Positions 9,987 to 18,195 of a stretch of 64,000 nucleotides of DNA are shown piece after piece. How positions within the stretch are numbered: position 1 is the first letter of the stretch; each line of letters begins with the position of its first letter. A program made the position numbers and the translations under genes. The stretch comes from a virus: IMG/VR virus record IMGVR_UViG_3300028394_000044, positions 32,001-96,000 of that record. One strand, written 5' to 3'. The notes below the pieces were generated by a model that saw nothing but the letters and a program-made list of their open reading frames with translations, was not told where the DNA came from and ran no database searches.

Positions 9987-10640
9987 ATGAAACTAATTAC
10001 AGAAACAGTTGAAGACGTAAGATATTTAACTGAAAAAACGGAAGATGGAAAGAAAAATCTTTTTATTGAAGGTATCTTTCTTGTAGGCGAACAGGCAAAC
10101 AGAAATCGTAGAATGTATAAAATAAATACTCTACGTGAAGAAGTTGGTCGTTATACAACTGAATTCATCAAGACAAATCGTGCTCTTGGTGAACTTGGAC
10201 ATCCTGATACACCATCAATTAATTTAGAACGTGTGTGTATCAAAATTGAATCTTTGAAAGAAGATGGCGGTAATAGATTCATCGGTAAAGCGAGAGTTTT
10301 AGAAACTCCATATGGCAATATTGTTAAAAACTTTATTGAGTCTGGTGTTTCTTTGGGTGTTTCTTCCAGAGGTATGGGTTCATTAGTTCCTGGTCGTGAT
10401 GGTATTAACATTGTAGGCGATGACTTTAGATTAGCTACGGCTGCGGATGTTGTTGCTGATCCATCAGCACCAGGTGCATTTGTGAATGGTATTATGGAAA
10501 ACAAAGAATGGGTATTTGTTGAAGGACGTTTTGTGGAAATGCACATAGATAACGCAAAACGTCAAATACAACAAGCATCTAGAAAAGATATTGAACAAGT
10601 GGCTTATCGCCTCTTTGAAAACTTTATTTCAAAACTTTAA
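9987..10640 (+). CDS. gp21: Prohead protease
   Basis: Likely start MKLITE at 9987; 'ALGELGHP', 'GVSSRGMGS', 'ADVVADPSAPGAFV'. Confidence 0.96.
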   Translation: MKLITETVEDVRYLTEKTEDGKKNLFIEGIFLVGEQANRNRRMYKINTLREEVGRYTTEFIKTNRALGELGHPDTPSINLERVCIKIESLKEDGGNRFIGKARVLETPYGNIVKNFIESGVSLGVSSRGMGSLVPGRDGINIVGDDFRLATAADVVADPSAPGAFVNGIMENKEWVFVEGRFVEMHIDNAKRQIQQASRKDIEQVAYRLFENFISKL

Positions 10641-10643
10641 AAT

Positions 10644-10651
10644 TATAAATA
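10644..10651 (+). promoter_or_regulatory. T4-type late promoter TATAAATA for gp22-gp23
   Basis: Exact consensus; intergenic; followed by an AAGGAG RBS. Confidence 0.85.
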
Positions 10652-10675
10652 GATAAACACAAAAGGAGATTCCTA

Positions 10676-11668
10676 ATGGCTACTAATAAACTTTTTGAGG
10701 CTGCGGCTGAAATTCTTGCTTCCGGCAAGGGTAAGAATGCTATGCCTACACAAAAGCTGGACGGCGAAACCGTAGACGCTGGTGGACCAACACCAGAAAA
10801 TTATAAACAAGATGATGATTCTGCAAAGATCACACCCGCAACAAAGAGCGCAACTCCAGCAACAACAAAAGCATCAGATGCTTCTGCCGAAATGGCTAAG
10901 AAGACTCTTTCTAAAGAAGAAACCGAAGCTGAAGAATTTATGGATCTTTCTGATGATATTGATGCTATGTTTGCGGATGACAATACCATTTCTGAAGAAT
11001 TTAAAACTAAAGTTTCCACAATTTTTGAAGCACGTGTTTTAGATCGTATTTCACAAATTGAAGAAAATATTGAATCACATTATTCTTCTTTGTTAGAAGA
11101 AGCAGTTGAGTCCGTTAAAACAGACTTAACAGAAAAAGTTAATGATTACCTTGCTTACGTTGTTGAGCAATGGATGGCAGATAATGAAATCGCTATTGAA
11201 AAAGGCATTCGTGCTGAATTAACAGAAGATTTTATTTCTGGCCTACGTAATTTATTTGCAGAACATTATATTGATGTTCCTGCCGAAAAAGTTGACCTAG
11301 TCGATGAAATGGCTTCAAAGATTGATGATCTTGAAGTTAAACTCGATGAAGAAGTTGAGCGCAATGTAGAGTACCGTAAGGCTCTTATTGAAGCTCACAA
11401 AGTTGAAGCTACCCGTGAAGTTTGTGAAGGTTTGACCGACACTCAAGTTGAAAAGATTAAATCGCTTGCAGAGAGCGTAGAGTTTTCCACAGAGGAAGAA
11501 TATAAATCTAAACTTGAAACTATTCGTGAAAACTATTTTCCTTCCGGAGTTAAGAAGGCTGATGAAGGCCAACTTAATGAGCAAGTAGAGCAAGTTGGTG
11601 ATGTTAAAATTACTGATGCTTACATGAACTCAATCGTCCAATCAATTTCAAAAACAACAAGAATTTAA
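10676..11668 (+). CDS. gp22: Prohead scaffolding/core protein
   Basis: Acidic coiled coil with 'YL.YVVEQWM..N..AIE.GIR.E..E.F..GL..LF.EHYI'; between gp21 and gp23. Confidence 0.93.
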   Translation: MATNKLFEAAAEILASGKGKNAMPTQKLDGETVDAGGPTPENYKQDDDSAKITPATKSATPATTKASDASAEMAKKTLSKEETEAEEFMDLSDDIDAMFADDNTISEEFKTKVSTIFEARVLDRISQIEENIESHYSSLLEEAVESVKTDLTEKVNDYLAYVVEQWMADNEIAIEKGIRAELTEDFISGLRNLFAEHYIDVPAEKVDLVDEMASKIDDLEVKLDEEVERNVEYRKALIEAHKVEATREVCEGLTDTQVEKIKSLAESVEFSTEEEYKSKLETIRENYFPSGVKKADEGQLNEQVEQVGDVKITDAYMNSIVQSISKTTRI

Positions 11669-11690
11669 TTTAAATCAAGGAGTATCCTAA

Positions 11691-13025
11691 ATGTTTCTTT
11701 CCGAAAATCTACAAAAAAAGTGGGCACCTGTTCTAGAACATGCTGACCTACCAAAAATTACTGATCCATATAAGCGTGCTGTTACAGCCGTTATTTTGGA
11801 AAATCAGATCCAAGCAATGCAAAAAGACGCTGGTTATTTAACAGAAGCTGTACCTACAAACGCTTCTGGTACCGGTGGTTTTGGTGGTGCTGACGCTCAA
11901 AACGGCGGTCCAGTAGCCGGTTTCGATCCAATCCTTATTAGCTTGGTTCGCCGTTCATTGCCTAATTTGATTGCTTATGACGTTTGCGGTGTACAACCAA
12001 TGACTGGTCCTACAGGCATGATCTTTGCAATGCGTTCAATGTATGCAACTGACCGTACTACAGCTACTGGTACAGAAGCATTCTACAACGAAGCTAATAC
12101 TGCTCATTCTGGTGTTTCCAATTCTGTCCAACAAACATTGGCATTGAAAGGTTCTACTTCTGACCGTGCATATGGTGTCTTTGATGCTAACACGGCCGCT
12201 GCTATGGCTACAGCTACTGCTGAAAACTTGACACCACTTGAAATGGGTTTCAGCATTGAGAAAGTTACAGTTACTGCAAAGACACGTGCTTTGAAGGCTG
12301 AATACTCAATGGAACTTGCACAAGATTTAAAAGCAGTTCACGGTCTAGACGCTGAAACAGAATTGTCTAACATTCTGTCTTCTGAAATTCTTGCTGAAAT
12401 TAACCGTGAAGTTCTGCGTACAATCTACACAGTTTCTAAAGTTGGTTGCAAAGTTGGTACAACTACTGTTGGTACATTCGACTTGGACACTGACTCTAAC
12501 GGTCGTTGGATGGTTGAAAAAGTTAAAGGTTTGGCTTTCCAAATCGAACGTGAAGCTAACCAAATTGCTAAATTGACTCGTAGAGGTAAAGGCAATACAT
12601 TGATCTGTTCTTCTGACGTAGCTTCTGCTTTGGCAATGGCTGGTTTGTTGGACTATCAATCTGCATTGCAGAGCCAAGTTAACTTGACAGTTGACGATAC
12701 AGGTAACACATTTGCTGGTACATTGTTCGGTCGTATCAAAGTGTATATTGATCCATATTTCCCAACAGGCGCAACTTCCGAGTTCGCAGTTGTTGGTTTC
12801 AAAGGTTCTAATGCATATGATGCTGGTCTGTTCTATTGCCCATACGTTCCTTTGCAAATGGTTCGCGCAGTTGACACTAACACCTTCCAACCAAAAATTG
12901 GTTTCAAGACACGTTACGGTCTAGTTGCTAATCCATTCGCTGAAGGTACTGCTGCTGGTCTTGGTGCGTTGAATGCTACTGCAAACAACTACTATCGCGC
13001 ATTTAAGATTACAAACATTATGTAA
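11691..13025 (+). CDS. gp23: Major capsid protein
   Basis: 'GVQPMTGPTG.IFAMR', 'ELAQDLKAVHGLDAE.EL', 'FYCPYVPL', 'FQPKIGFKTRYG'; predicted gp21 cleavage at YLTE|AVPTN. Confidence 0.98.
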   Translation: MFLSENLQKKWAPVLEHADLPKITDPYKRAVTAVILENQIQAMQKDAGYLTEAVPTNASGTGGFGGADAQNGGPVAGFDPILISLVRRSLPNLIAYDVCGVQPMTGPTGMIFAMRSMYATDRTTATGTEAFYNEANTAHSGVSNSVQQTLALKGSTSDRAYGVFDANTAAAMATATAENLTPLEMGFSIEKVTVTAKTRALKAEYSMELAQDLKAVHGLDAETELSNILSSEILAEINREVLRTIYTVSKVGCKVGTTTVGTFDLDTDSNGRWMVEKVKGLAFQIEREANQIAKLTRRGKGNTLICSSDVASALAMAGLLDYQSALQSQVNLTVDDTGNTFAGTLFGRIKVYIDPYFPTGATSEFAVVGFKGSNAYDAGLFYCPYVPLQMVRAVDTNTFQPKIGFKTRYGLVANPFAEGTAAGLGALNATANNYYRAFKITNIM

Positions 13026-13053
13026 TCAAAACCTCCGTTAAGAGAGGTACTTT

Positions 13054-13083
13054 AGAGGGAGATCGAAAGGTCTCCCTTTTTTT
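13054..13083 (+). terminator. Rho-independent terminator after gp23
   Basis: AGGGAGATC-GAAA-GGTCTCCCT stem-loop plus T tract; a second small hairpin at 13031-13048. Confidence 0.9.
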
Positions 13084-13086
13084 GTA

Positions 13087-13094
13087 TATAAATA
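13087..13094 (+). promoter_or_regulatory. T4-type late promoter TATAAATA for gp3
   Basis: Exact consensus directly after the gp23 terminator. Confidence 0.85.
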
Positions 13095-13099
13095 TACAC

Positions 13100-13633
13100 A
13101 TGACTACAGCAATATCAACAACACCAATTAATCAGAATTTTCTTCACCCAAATAAGTTCCAGATGAACTTTGCTCGGTTGCCAGATATGCAATTCTTTTG
13201 TCAGTCTGTAAACGTACCTGGTATTTCATTAGGTGAAATTTCCGTACCTACTCCTTTCGTTGAAATGTATTCTCCGGGGGAAAAGGCAATTTATGATATA
13301 TTAAATGTAACTTTTGCTATTGATGAAGATATGCAATCATGGTTAAAAATACATGATTGGATTCGTGCTATGACGTTTCCGGAAGACTTTGACCAGTACA
13401 AACAACTGGGTAGATTATCTAGCAAAATAAGTAATCCAGCGGCGCCACAATTCTCAGATGCAACTTTAACGATACTTTCTTCAGCTTACACGCCCAATAT
13501 AAGATTCAAATTTACTAATTTGTTTCCTACTTCTCTTTCTTCTTTTGTACTAGCTACGGCAGATAGCCCACAATCAATATTAACTGCCGATGTATCGTTC
13601 AGATTTACTTATTATACTATTGACAAATTTTGA
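13100..13633 (+). CDS. gp3: Tail completion / tube terminator protein
   Basis: 'NFLHPNKF', 'FFCQSVNVPGISLG', 'F..LFPTSLS'; position between gp23 and uvsY; ATG at 13100. Confidence 0.85.
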   Translation: MTTAISTTPINQNFLHPNKFQMNFARLPDMQFFCQSVNVPGISLGEISVPTPFVEMYSPGEKAIYDILNVTFAIDEDMQSWLKIHDWIRAMTFPEDFDQYKQLGRLSSKISNPAAPQFSDATLTILSSAYTPNIRFKFTNLFPTSLSSFVLATADSPQSILTADVSFRFTYYTIDKF

Positions 13634-13648
13634 TAAATGATGTAAACT
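13620..13648 (+). promoter_or_regulatory. Sigma70-type promoter for uvsY-uvsW
   Basis: TTGACA-17bp-TAAACT, followed by an AAGGAG RBS. Confidence 0.7.
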
Positions 13649-13667
13649 CCTAGAAGGAGATTTTGTA

Positions 13668-14102
13668 ATGACTAAACTTGATGAACTAATGACAGAATGG
13701 AGTAAAGACTCCCAGATTGACCGTACCGAACCAGGTAAGGCTCTAATTGACATATCCAAACTACACTCGAAATACCTGAATATTCTTTCTAGACATAAGT
13801 TATTGTCTAAAGAAGCTGAGTTCAGATTTAATAAAATGAAGAAAATTAAATGGGAATATTATACAGGTAAAATGGGAGATGATGATCTAAAGAAATATGG
13901 TTGGACTCCTTTTCCTTTTGTACTCAAATCTGACATTGCTACATATATGGATGCTGATGATGATTTGAATAAACATCTAGCAAATAAAATGGTGCATGAA
14001 GAGATTGTAGATAGTTGTGAGCTTATAATGAAAGAATTACATAGCAGAACTTTTCAATTAAAATCATTCATAGATTGGGAGAGGTTCATTCAGGGTGTAT
14101 GA
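13668..14102 (+). CDS. uvsY: Recombination mediator UvsY
   Basis: 'LHSKYL', 'KWEYYTGK', 'R.FQLK..IDW.RF'; synteny. Confidence 0.9.
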   Translation: MTKLDELMTEWSKDSQIDRTEPGKALIDISKLHSKYLNILSRHKLLSKEAEFRFNKMKKIKWEYYTGKMGDDDLKKYGWTPFPFVLKSDIATYMDADDDLNKHLANKMVHEEIVDSCELIMKELHSRTFQLKSFIDWERFIQGV

Positions 14103-15564
14103 TGTAATAGTACATAAAGTAAATGAAGCGTTTGTTAGTATAGAATGTGAAAGAAGTTTAGCTCAAGAAGTTTCTGACCATTTTACATTTTACGTACCAA
14201 ACCACCAATTTACTCCAGCGTTCCGTAATCGATTATGGGATGGTAAAATTAGACTTCTAGATTTAAGGTCAAATCAAATATATTATGGTTTGTTGCCTTA
14301 CCTAGAAAAGTTTTGTATTGATAGAGAATACAAAATTCATTTTGACCGTGATGTGAATGTTACAGAAAACATTTCACTTAAAGAGGCAAAAGACTTTATT
14401 GCTACATTAAATTTACCAACTAACTTGGAACAAAGAGATTATCAAATTGAATCTTTTGTTCATGCAATTCGTAATAAGAGGGTTTTGTTGTTGTCACCAA
14501 CTTCTTCAGGTAAATCTTTTATTCAATATCTGATTATTAGGCACATACAAACGCAGTGTAAAAAAGGCTTGATGATTGTTCCACGTACATCATTAGCTGA
14601 ACAAATGTATACCGATTTTGCTTCTTATGGATACGATTCGGAAAAATATTGTCATAGACAATATGCAGGTAAGGATAAATTTACAGACAAGTTTTTGACA
14701 ATAACAACTTGGCAATCCATATACACCTTACCTAAAGAATATTTTGAACAATTTGATTTTGTTCTTGGTGATGAAGCACATGAATTCAAAGCAAAATCTT
14801 TGACTACAATTATGTCAGGACTTGAGAATACAAAATATCGTATTGGTTGCACCGGAACTTTAGATGGTACTCAAACCCACAAACTAATGCTTGAAGGTTT
14901 GTTTGGTCCTGTATTGAAAGTTATTACCACCAAAGAATTGATGGATAAAAATTATGTTGCAGATTTCAAAATTAAATGTTTGATTTTAAAATATCCAAAA
15001 GAAATATGTTCAGAAATAAAAAAACTAGACTATCATGGAGAGATTGACTACATAGTTAAGAACACTGCTAGAAATAACTTCATTAAAAATTTATCACTAT
15101 CACTCAAAGGCAATAGTCTTATTTTGTTTCAGTTGGTAGAAAAACATGGTAAAGAGTTATATAGAATCATTGATGCGGAAAAAAATAGCAGAAAAGTATT
15201 TTTCGTATATGGTGCAACAGATGTTCAAGTTAGAGAAGATGTTCGTAGAATTGTGGAAAAAGAAAATGATGCAATTATTGTTGCGTCTTATGGTACCTTT
15301 TCTACTGGGGTTAATATTAGGAATCTTCACAATGTTATTTTTGCAAGTCCTTCTAAATCAAGAATCAGAAACTTGCAATCCATCGGAAGAGGTTTACGAA
15401 AAGGCGATAACAAATCACAAGCAATATTATTTGATATAGCTGACGATTTCAGAATAGGTAAACATAAAAACTTTACATTGAATCATTTCATCGAAAGAGT
15501 TAAGATTTATGAAGAAGAAAAATTCACTTACAAATTTTACCCTATAGAGTTAAAAAATGGATAA
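14095..15564 (+). CDS. uvsW: SF2 DNA/RNA helicase UvsW
   Basis: 'WDGKIRL', 'SPTSSGKS', 'DEAH', 'QSIGRGLR'. Confidence 0.95.
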   Translation: MYDVIVHKVNEAFVSIECERSLAQEVSDHFTFYVPNHQFTPAFRNRLWDGKIRLLDLRSNQIYYGLLPYLEKFCIDREYKIHFDRDVNVTENISLKEAKDFIATLNLPTNLEQRDYQIESFVHAIRNKRVLLLSPTSSGKSFIQYLIIRHIQTQCKKGLMIVPRTSLAEQMYTDFASYGYDSEKYCHRQYAGKDKFTDKFLTITTWQSIYTLPKEYFEQFDFVLGDEAHEFKAKSLTTIMSGLENTKYRIGCTGTLDGTQTHKLMLEGLFGPVLKVITTKELMDKNYVADFKIKCLILKYPKEICSEIKKLDYHGEIDYIVKNTARNNFIKNLSLSLKGNSLILFQLVEKHGKELYRIIDAEKNSRKVFFVYGATDVQVREDVRRIVEKENDAIIVASYGTFSTGVNIRNLHNVIFASPSKSRIRNLQSIGRGLRKGDNKSQAILFDIADDFRIGKHKNFTLNHFIERVKIYEEEKFTYKFYPIELKNG

Positions 15565-15949
15565 CATTCAAATTATTAGATTACGTGACGGTGAAGATAT
15601 TATTGCTAACATAGCAAAGTCTGACCATAGTGTGTTTCACCTTACTAACCCAATGTCACTTTTTCATAAAAGAATGTCTGAAGGTAGAATGGTAGTCTTT
15701 ATGACACCTTGGTTACCTATTGAGATAATTGAAATAAACGAAGCTAAGATATTCTGTAATGAGGTTCTTACTCTTATTGAACCTAAGAAATCTATGACAG
15801 AGTATTACACCAAGGCAGTTGCTGAGATGAATGAGAATCTTGAACACTTGGAAGAAAACATCACAGCGTATGATGAGATGGAAGAAGATGAAGAACCATC
15901 AGAACAACTACCAGTTATTGAAGATGTAAAAGATAAAGTAATACATTAA
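15557..15949 (+). CDS. Conserved hypothetical protein between uvsW and gp55
   Basis: Overlaps the uvsW stop; 'IIRL.DGEDIIA' start typical of small beta-fold T4-like proteins; acidic tail. Confidence 0.7.
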   Translation: MDNIQIIRLRDGEDIIANIAKSDHSVFHLTNPMSLFHKRMSEGRMVVFMTPWLPIEIIEINEAKIFCNEVLTLIEPKKSMTEYYTKAVAEMNENLEHLEENITAYDEMEEDEEPSEQLPVIEDVKDKVIH

Positions 15950-15964
15950 AATGCAACACTAGTG

Positions 15965-15993
15965 ATTGTACAGAGACTTTCTCCTTTTGTCAA
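15965..15993 (-). promoter_or_regulatory. Antisense sigma70-type promoter
   Basis: Minus strand reads TTGACA-17bp-TACAAT. Confidence 0.6.
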
Positions 15994-16024
15994 GCACTAT
16001 TTGAGGCAATATTGAAAATAATAT

Positions 16025-16053
16025 TTGATTTAAATTATGAAACGTGATACAAT
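16025..16053 (+). promoter_or_regulatory. Sigma70-type promoter for gp55
   Basis: TTGATT-17bp-TACAAT with a TGn extension. Confidence 0.65.
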
Positions 16054-16059
16054 AGATTT

Positions 16060-16668
16060 ATGAATGAAACACTTGCCCCAGAAAAACTAGTAATGTCCAA
16101 ATCAAAACACTATGTCAATAATGCAGATTTTCTAATTGCATTAAATGAATATAATCAAACTTGTGAAAATTGTAGAGCTACAGGTAAAACTGAGCCTAAT
16201 ATTCCAAATTATATTGGCGAATGTTTTCTGAAAATTGCTACACACTTATCCCGCAAACCAAATTTTATATCATATTCATTCCGTGAAGAAATGATTGGTG
16301 ATGGTATTGAAAACTGTATGATGTATTTTAGAAATTTCGATCCTTCAAAATCTTCTAATCCTTTTGCTTATTTTACACAGATTATTTACTTTGCTTTTCT
16401 AAGAAGAATACAAAAAGAGAAAAAGCAATTATATTTAAAATATAAAGCTACTGAACAATTTGGTCTTCTTGGCGAAGGTGAAATGTATGAAGACGTTGAC
16501 GGTAATATGAAACAATTTGTACTTTATGATAATATTTCAGAATTTATCCATACGTTTGAAGAAAAGAAAGCGGCAAAGAAGAAAACAAAGACTAAAGGAC
16601 TTGACAAATTCATAGAACCTGATATAATTGAAGAATTGATATTACCAGAAGATAGTGAAGAGTTATGA
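16060..16668 (+). CDS. gp55: Late-transcription sigma factor
   Basis: 'HYVNN..F', 'YIGECFLKIA..LS.KPNF..Y', 'NPFAYFTQIIYFAFLRRIQKEKKQ'. Confidence 0.96.
   Translation: MNETLAPEKLVMSKSKHYVNNADFLIALNEYNQTCENCRATGKTEPNIPNYIGECFLKIATHLSRKPNFISYSFREEMIGDGIENCMMYFRNFDPSKSSNPFAYFTQIIYFAFLRRIQKEKKQLYLKYKATEQFGLLGEGEMYEDVDGNMKQFVLYDNISEFIHTFEEKKAAKKKTKTKGLDKFIEPDIIEELILPEDSEEL
16601..16628 (+). promoter_or_regulatory. Sigma70-type promoter inside the gp55 3' end
   Basis: TTGACA-16bp-TATAAT with a TGn extension. Confidence 0.6.
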
Positions 16669-17126
16669 TGAAAATTGGATTTACTTGCTCAACATTTGAT
16701 TTGTTTCATGCAGGTCACATTATGATGTTGAAAGATGCTAAAGAAAAATGTGGGTATCTGATTGTCGGGTTACAAACAGATCCAACAATTGACCGAGAAG
16801 AAAAGAATAAACCTGTACAGTCCGTATTTGAACGATTTATTCAACTTGATGCGTGTAAGTACGTAGATGAAGTTGTCGTTTATGCTACAGAAAAAGAATT
16901 ATTGGATATTCTTCAGTCGTATCATATTGACGTTCGTATTATTGGTGAAGAGTATCAAGATAAAATATTTACTGGCAAAGAACTTGATATTGAAACTTAC
17001 TACAACAAACGTAGACATAGTTTTTCCACTACAGAATTACGTAAAAGAGTACAAGAAGCAGAATCGTTGAAATCAGCTAAAAACGATGATATGCGAATTG
17101 CCTCAGTTAAAAACGATAAGTGGTGA
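16665..17126 (+). CDS. TagD-like (glycerol-3-phosphate) cytidylyltransferase
   Basis: 'TFDLFHAGH' HxGH motif, 'YLIVGL', 'KYVDEV', 'FSTTELR'. Confidence 0.85.
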   Translation: MMKIGFTCSTFDLFHAGHIMMLKDAKEKCGYLIVGLQTDPTIDREEKNKPVQSVFERFIQLDACKYVDEVVVYATEKELLDILQSYHIDVRIIGEEYQDKIFTGKELDIETYYNKRRHSFSTTELRKRVQEAESLKSAKNDDMRIASVKNDKW

Positions 17127-17152
17127 TATGCGAATTGCCTTAATAAACGATA
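17074..17152. repeat. Imperfect tandem duplication covering the gp47 start
   Basis: TGATATGCGAATTGCCT at 17087-17103 and 17124-17140; CAG(C/T)TAAAAACGAT at 17074 and 17104. Confidence 0.85.
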
Positions 17153-18195
17153 CACATGCAGGCGCACGTGGAGATAGCTTACTCTTCAATGAATTCTTTT
17201 TTAAATTCTGGGAAGGCACATTTTTTCCCTACTTAAAAGAAAATAACATTAAACACATTGTTCATTTGGGTGATGTTGTTGATCGCCGTAAGTTTATAAA
17301 CTATGTAATTTTAAATCAATGGAGAACACGTTTCTTTGATGTACTACAGCGTGAAGGCATCACAATGGATGTTATCGTTGGCAATCATGATGTTACATTC
17401 AAAAATACAAATGAAATTAATGCAATGCATGAATTGTTTGACCATTACACAAATATTCAAGTATTGATAGCACCGAAATTAAATAATTACGATGGTCTTG
17501 ATGTGCTGATGGTTCCATGGATTAACTCTGGCAACTATGAACAATCAATGGAAGAACTTAGCACAACTTCTGCACAAGTTGCATTTGGACATTTTGAAAT
17601 TGCTGGCTTTGAAATGGATAGAGGCAATATATCACATTCAGGTTTAGATAGAAAAGTTTTTGATAAATTTGACATGGTTTTGTCTGGTCACTTCCATCAC
17701 AAATCTACAGATGGTACAATTTACTATCTTGGTAATCAATATGAAATCACTTGGGCAGATCATGAAGATACTCGCGGGTTCCATGTGTTTGATACGACAA
17801 CAAGAGACTTGACATTTATTCAAAATCCCAATAAAATATTTTATAAAGTTTCATATGATGATTCTGTGCAAGACTTTTCTTCGTGGAAAAAATATGACTA
17901 TTCGCAACACAAAAATACATATGTTAAAATTGTTGTAGTCAATAAACAAAATTCATACATGTTTGATTATGTTATAGATGCAATGTACAAGGCACAAGTT
18001 GCTGATATTGCTATTGTTGAAGACTACACGGATATCTCTATAGAAGATGATGAAGAATTGGTAAATCAAGCTGAAGATACAATGACAATTCTTGCCAAAT
18101 ATATTGATGGATTGACAGTTAATGTCGATTCGACTAAACTCAAAAATTTAATGCGTGAGTTATATGTCGAATCTTTGAATACAGAAATTGAATGA
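17128..18195 (+). CDS. gp47: Mre11/SbcD-like recombination nuclease
   Basis: Start MRIALINDTH; 'LGDVVDRRK', 'VGNHD', 'SGHFH'. Confidence 0.95.
   Translation: MRIALINDTHAGARGDSLLFNEFFFKFWEGTFFPYLKENNIKHIVHLGDVVDRRKFINYVILNQWRTRFFDVLQREGITMDVIVGNHDVTFKNTNEINAMHELFDHYTNIQVLIAPKLNNYDGLDVLMVPWINSGNYEQSMEELSTTSAQVAFGHFEIAGFEMDRGNISHSGLDRKVFDKFDMVLSGHFHHKSTDGTIYYLGNQYEITWADHEDTRGFHVFDTTTRDLTFIQNPNKIFYKVSYDDSVQDFSSWKKYDYSQHKNTYVKIVVVNKQNSYMFDYVIDAMYKAQVADIAIVEDYTDISIEDDEELVNQAEDTMTILAKYIDGLTVNVDSTKLKNLMRELYVESLNTEIE

Noticed and set aside
10782-11042. Alternative-frame + strand ORFs (also 12391, 12691, 15146, 40394, 53266, 56820 and others)
   Set aside because: No convincing RBS, mostly non-ATG starts and off-frame composition, unlike the 53737 nested ORF
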